Positions 62,336-64,000 of a DNA stretch of 64,000 nucleotides are shown here, piece by piece. Below the pieces are notes generated by a model, which worked only from the letters and a program-made list of their open reading frames with translations, was not told the DNA's origin and searched no databases. Source of the stretch: Octopus vulgaris (taxonomy: Eukaryota); NCBI GenBank assembly GCA_951406725.2, contig OX597830.1:53010001-53074000 (forward strand). Direction: 5' to 3'. The translations under genes were made by a program, and so were the position numbers. How positions within the stretch are numbered: the stretch's first letter is position 1; every line of letters starts with the position of its first letter.

Positions 62336-62565
62336 TTTCTTTACTACCCACAAGGGGCTAAACATAGAGGGGACAAACAAGGACAGACAAAGGGATTAAG
62401 TTGATTACATCGACCCCAGTGTGTAACTGGTACTTAATTTATCGACCCCGAAAGGATGAAAGGCAAAGTCGACCTCAGTGGAATTTGAACTCGGAATGTA
62501 ACGGCAGACGAAATACGGCTACGCATTTCGCCCGGCGTGCTAACGTTTCTGCCAGCTCGCCACCT
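62336..62565 (-). mobile_element. SINE family A
   Basis: Near-consensus reverse copy. Confidence 0.85.
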
Positions 62566-62649
62566 TTTGTTAAGGAAAACACATATAAGGCATGTAAACA
62601 ATTGACACAAATAAGACAAAGATGATTGGTGATTGATCTGATTGGAAAT

Positions 62650-63040
62650 TAGTGTGGCTATGTGGTTAAGAAGTTTGCTTCCCAACCACATGGTTTTGGG
62701 TTCAGTCCCAGTGCATGGCAACTTGGGCAAGTGTCTCCTACAAGTAGCTCCAGATTGGCCAAAGCCTTGTTGTAAATGGTTTTGGTTGCTGGAAACTGAA
62801 AGCTGTCAAGCATGTGAATGTATGTTTGCGTGACCTTGTCTTGATATCACATGTTTGTTACAACTGTCAGTAATTTGCAAGTGGGGGTCCTTTGTTTCCA
62901 ATCTTGAAAAATATTGAAAATGATTGAAAAGTATTACCTTGCTTGGGAAAAAGGTGAGGATTGGCGTCAGGAAGGGCATTTGAGCAAAGAAAATCTGCCT
63001 TGATGAATACCTTTTGATATGCAAGCATGGAAGAGTGGAA
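62650..63040 (+). mobile_element. SINE family D with RTE-type tail
   Basis: gtgtggctatgtggttaagaagtttgcttcccaaccac...ggttcagtccc head, ending aggaagggcat...gcaagcatggaa. Confidence 0.75.
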
Positions 63041-63074
63041 TCAGGGGAGGTAATCTAGTATACTTTGATCCATT

Positions 63075-63767
63075 CATCCTTTAGTATTCCTGTTACTCCG
63101 TTAAATGTAATGATTATTTATTCACATTGTTTTTAATTAATTATGCATCATTTTGTATCTTTGAAATTTTCATAATGTGGTTACGTATTTTTAGATTGAC
63201 ATTGAAGGACAGGCACAACAAGCTGGATATGGCTGGTTTCAACATAGAACAACTAGAATATTTTGGCTGGATATAGCTGGTTTAAATGCTTAAAGGGTTA
63301 AGCACACTTACCTTTAAATATATTAATAGTTTAAAACAAAAAGTTGGTGTGCTGGCAGAAACATTAGCACGCCGGGCGAAATGCGTTGCCATATTTCGTT
63401 TGCCGTCTGAGTTCAACCTTGCCTTTCATCCTTTCGGGGTCGGTAAATAAAGTACCAGTCACGCACTGGGGTCAATGTAATCGACTTAATCCCTTTGTTC
63501 CCTCTATATTTAGCTCCCTGTGGGCAATAAAGAAATATATATTAGCCTTTTAGTATTTAAACCGGCCATATCCAGCCCAAATATTCTACATGTTTTATAT
63601 TTGAACTAGCCATATCTAACCTCTCATACCTAACCTACATTGACATTCTAAAAATAAGCAATCACATCATTGAAACCTCAAAGCTCTAAGACAATGCTTG
63701 AGTAATTCAAAACAATTTGATGGAAAAGTATTACATTTAACAGAGTAATCTGAACACTAAAGGGTTA
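63075..63767. mobile_element. Two inverted piggyBac-type MITE copies (63075-63300; 63542-63767) around a family A SINE (63350-63538, plus)
   Basis: Both MITEs end in aaagggtta(a), and their bodies are reverse complements of each other. Confidence 0.75.
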
Positions 63768-63863
63768 ATAGTTTAAAGCAAAAACCATTGTTTTTTTTTT
63801 CTATGCATGTATCTTGTTACATTTAGTTTATATTTTGAAGTATTAACATTTTATTTATTGTAG

Positions 63864-63998
63864 GAATACAAACGAAAGTTGACCAAAGTGACGACAGTCC
63901 GCGAAGAGTTACAGTCACACATCCAAAATTTACCTGACTTAACATTATTACAAGATGTTACCCCATTACCATCAGCAGGAGACCTCTTTTCCATTTGA
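63864..63998 (+). CDS. RPRD1B: RPRD1B exon 7 (last)
   Basis: gtAG|EYKRKLTKVTTVREELQSHIQNLPDLTLLQDVTPLPSAGDLFSI*, with the conserved PLPSAGDLF C-terminus. Confidence 0.97.
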   Translation, partial: EYKRKLTKVTTVREELQSHIQNLPDLTLLQDVTPLPSAGDLFSI

Positions 63999-64000
63999 CC

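Overview
AT-rich, repeat-dense animal genomic DNA. The SINE/LINE families and (TA)n/(ATG)n microsatellites suggest a coleoid cephalopod, most likely Octopus (inference from recalled repeat sequences; no search was run). Three host genes are supported. (1) The 5' end of a cytosolic Hsp70, probably Hsc70/HSPA8-like, on the minus strand: first coding exon 190..1, a predicted non-coding exon and a TATA/HSE/Inr promoter near 2.6 kb. (2) A complete 8-exon POLR2C/RPB3 on the minus strand (46650..29866, 274 aa). (3) A complete 7-exon RPRD1B-like CID protein on the plus strand (51523..63998, 351 aa), head-to-head with POLR2C. The rest is decayed mobile DNA: RTE-type and Tx1-like LINE fragments, several tRNA-derived SINE families, Tc1/mariner/maT, hAT and piggyBac-type MITEs, and a cluster of Penelope-like (GIY-YIG) fragments at about 19-24 kb. 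The most notable signals are hammerhead-ribozyme motifs in the Penelope cluster (one near-intact at 19914-19964), a hammerhead-like multi-hairpin in Hsc70 intron 1, the divergent pairing of two RNA polymerase II genes, and many fold-back or inverted repeats close to exons. Repeat boundaries are approximate unless TIRs or TSDs are cited.
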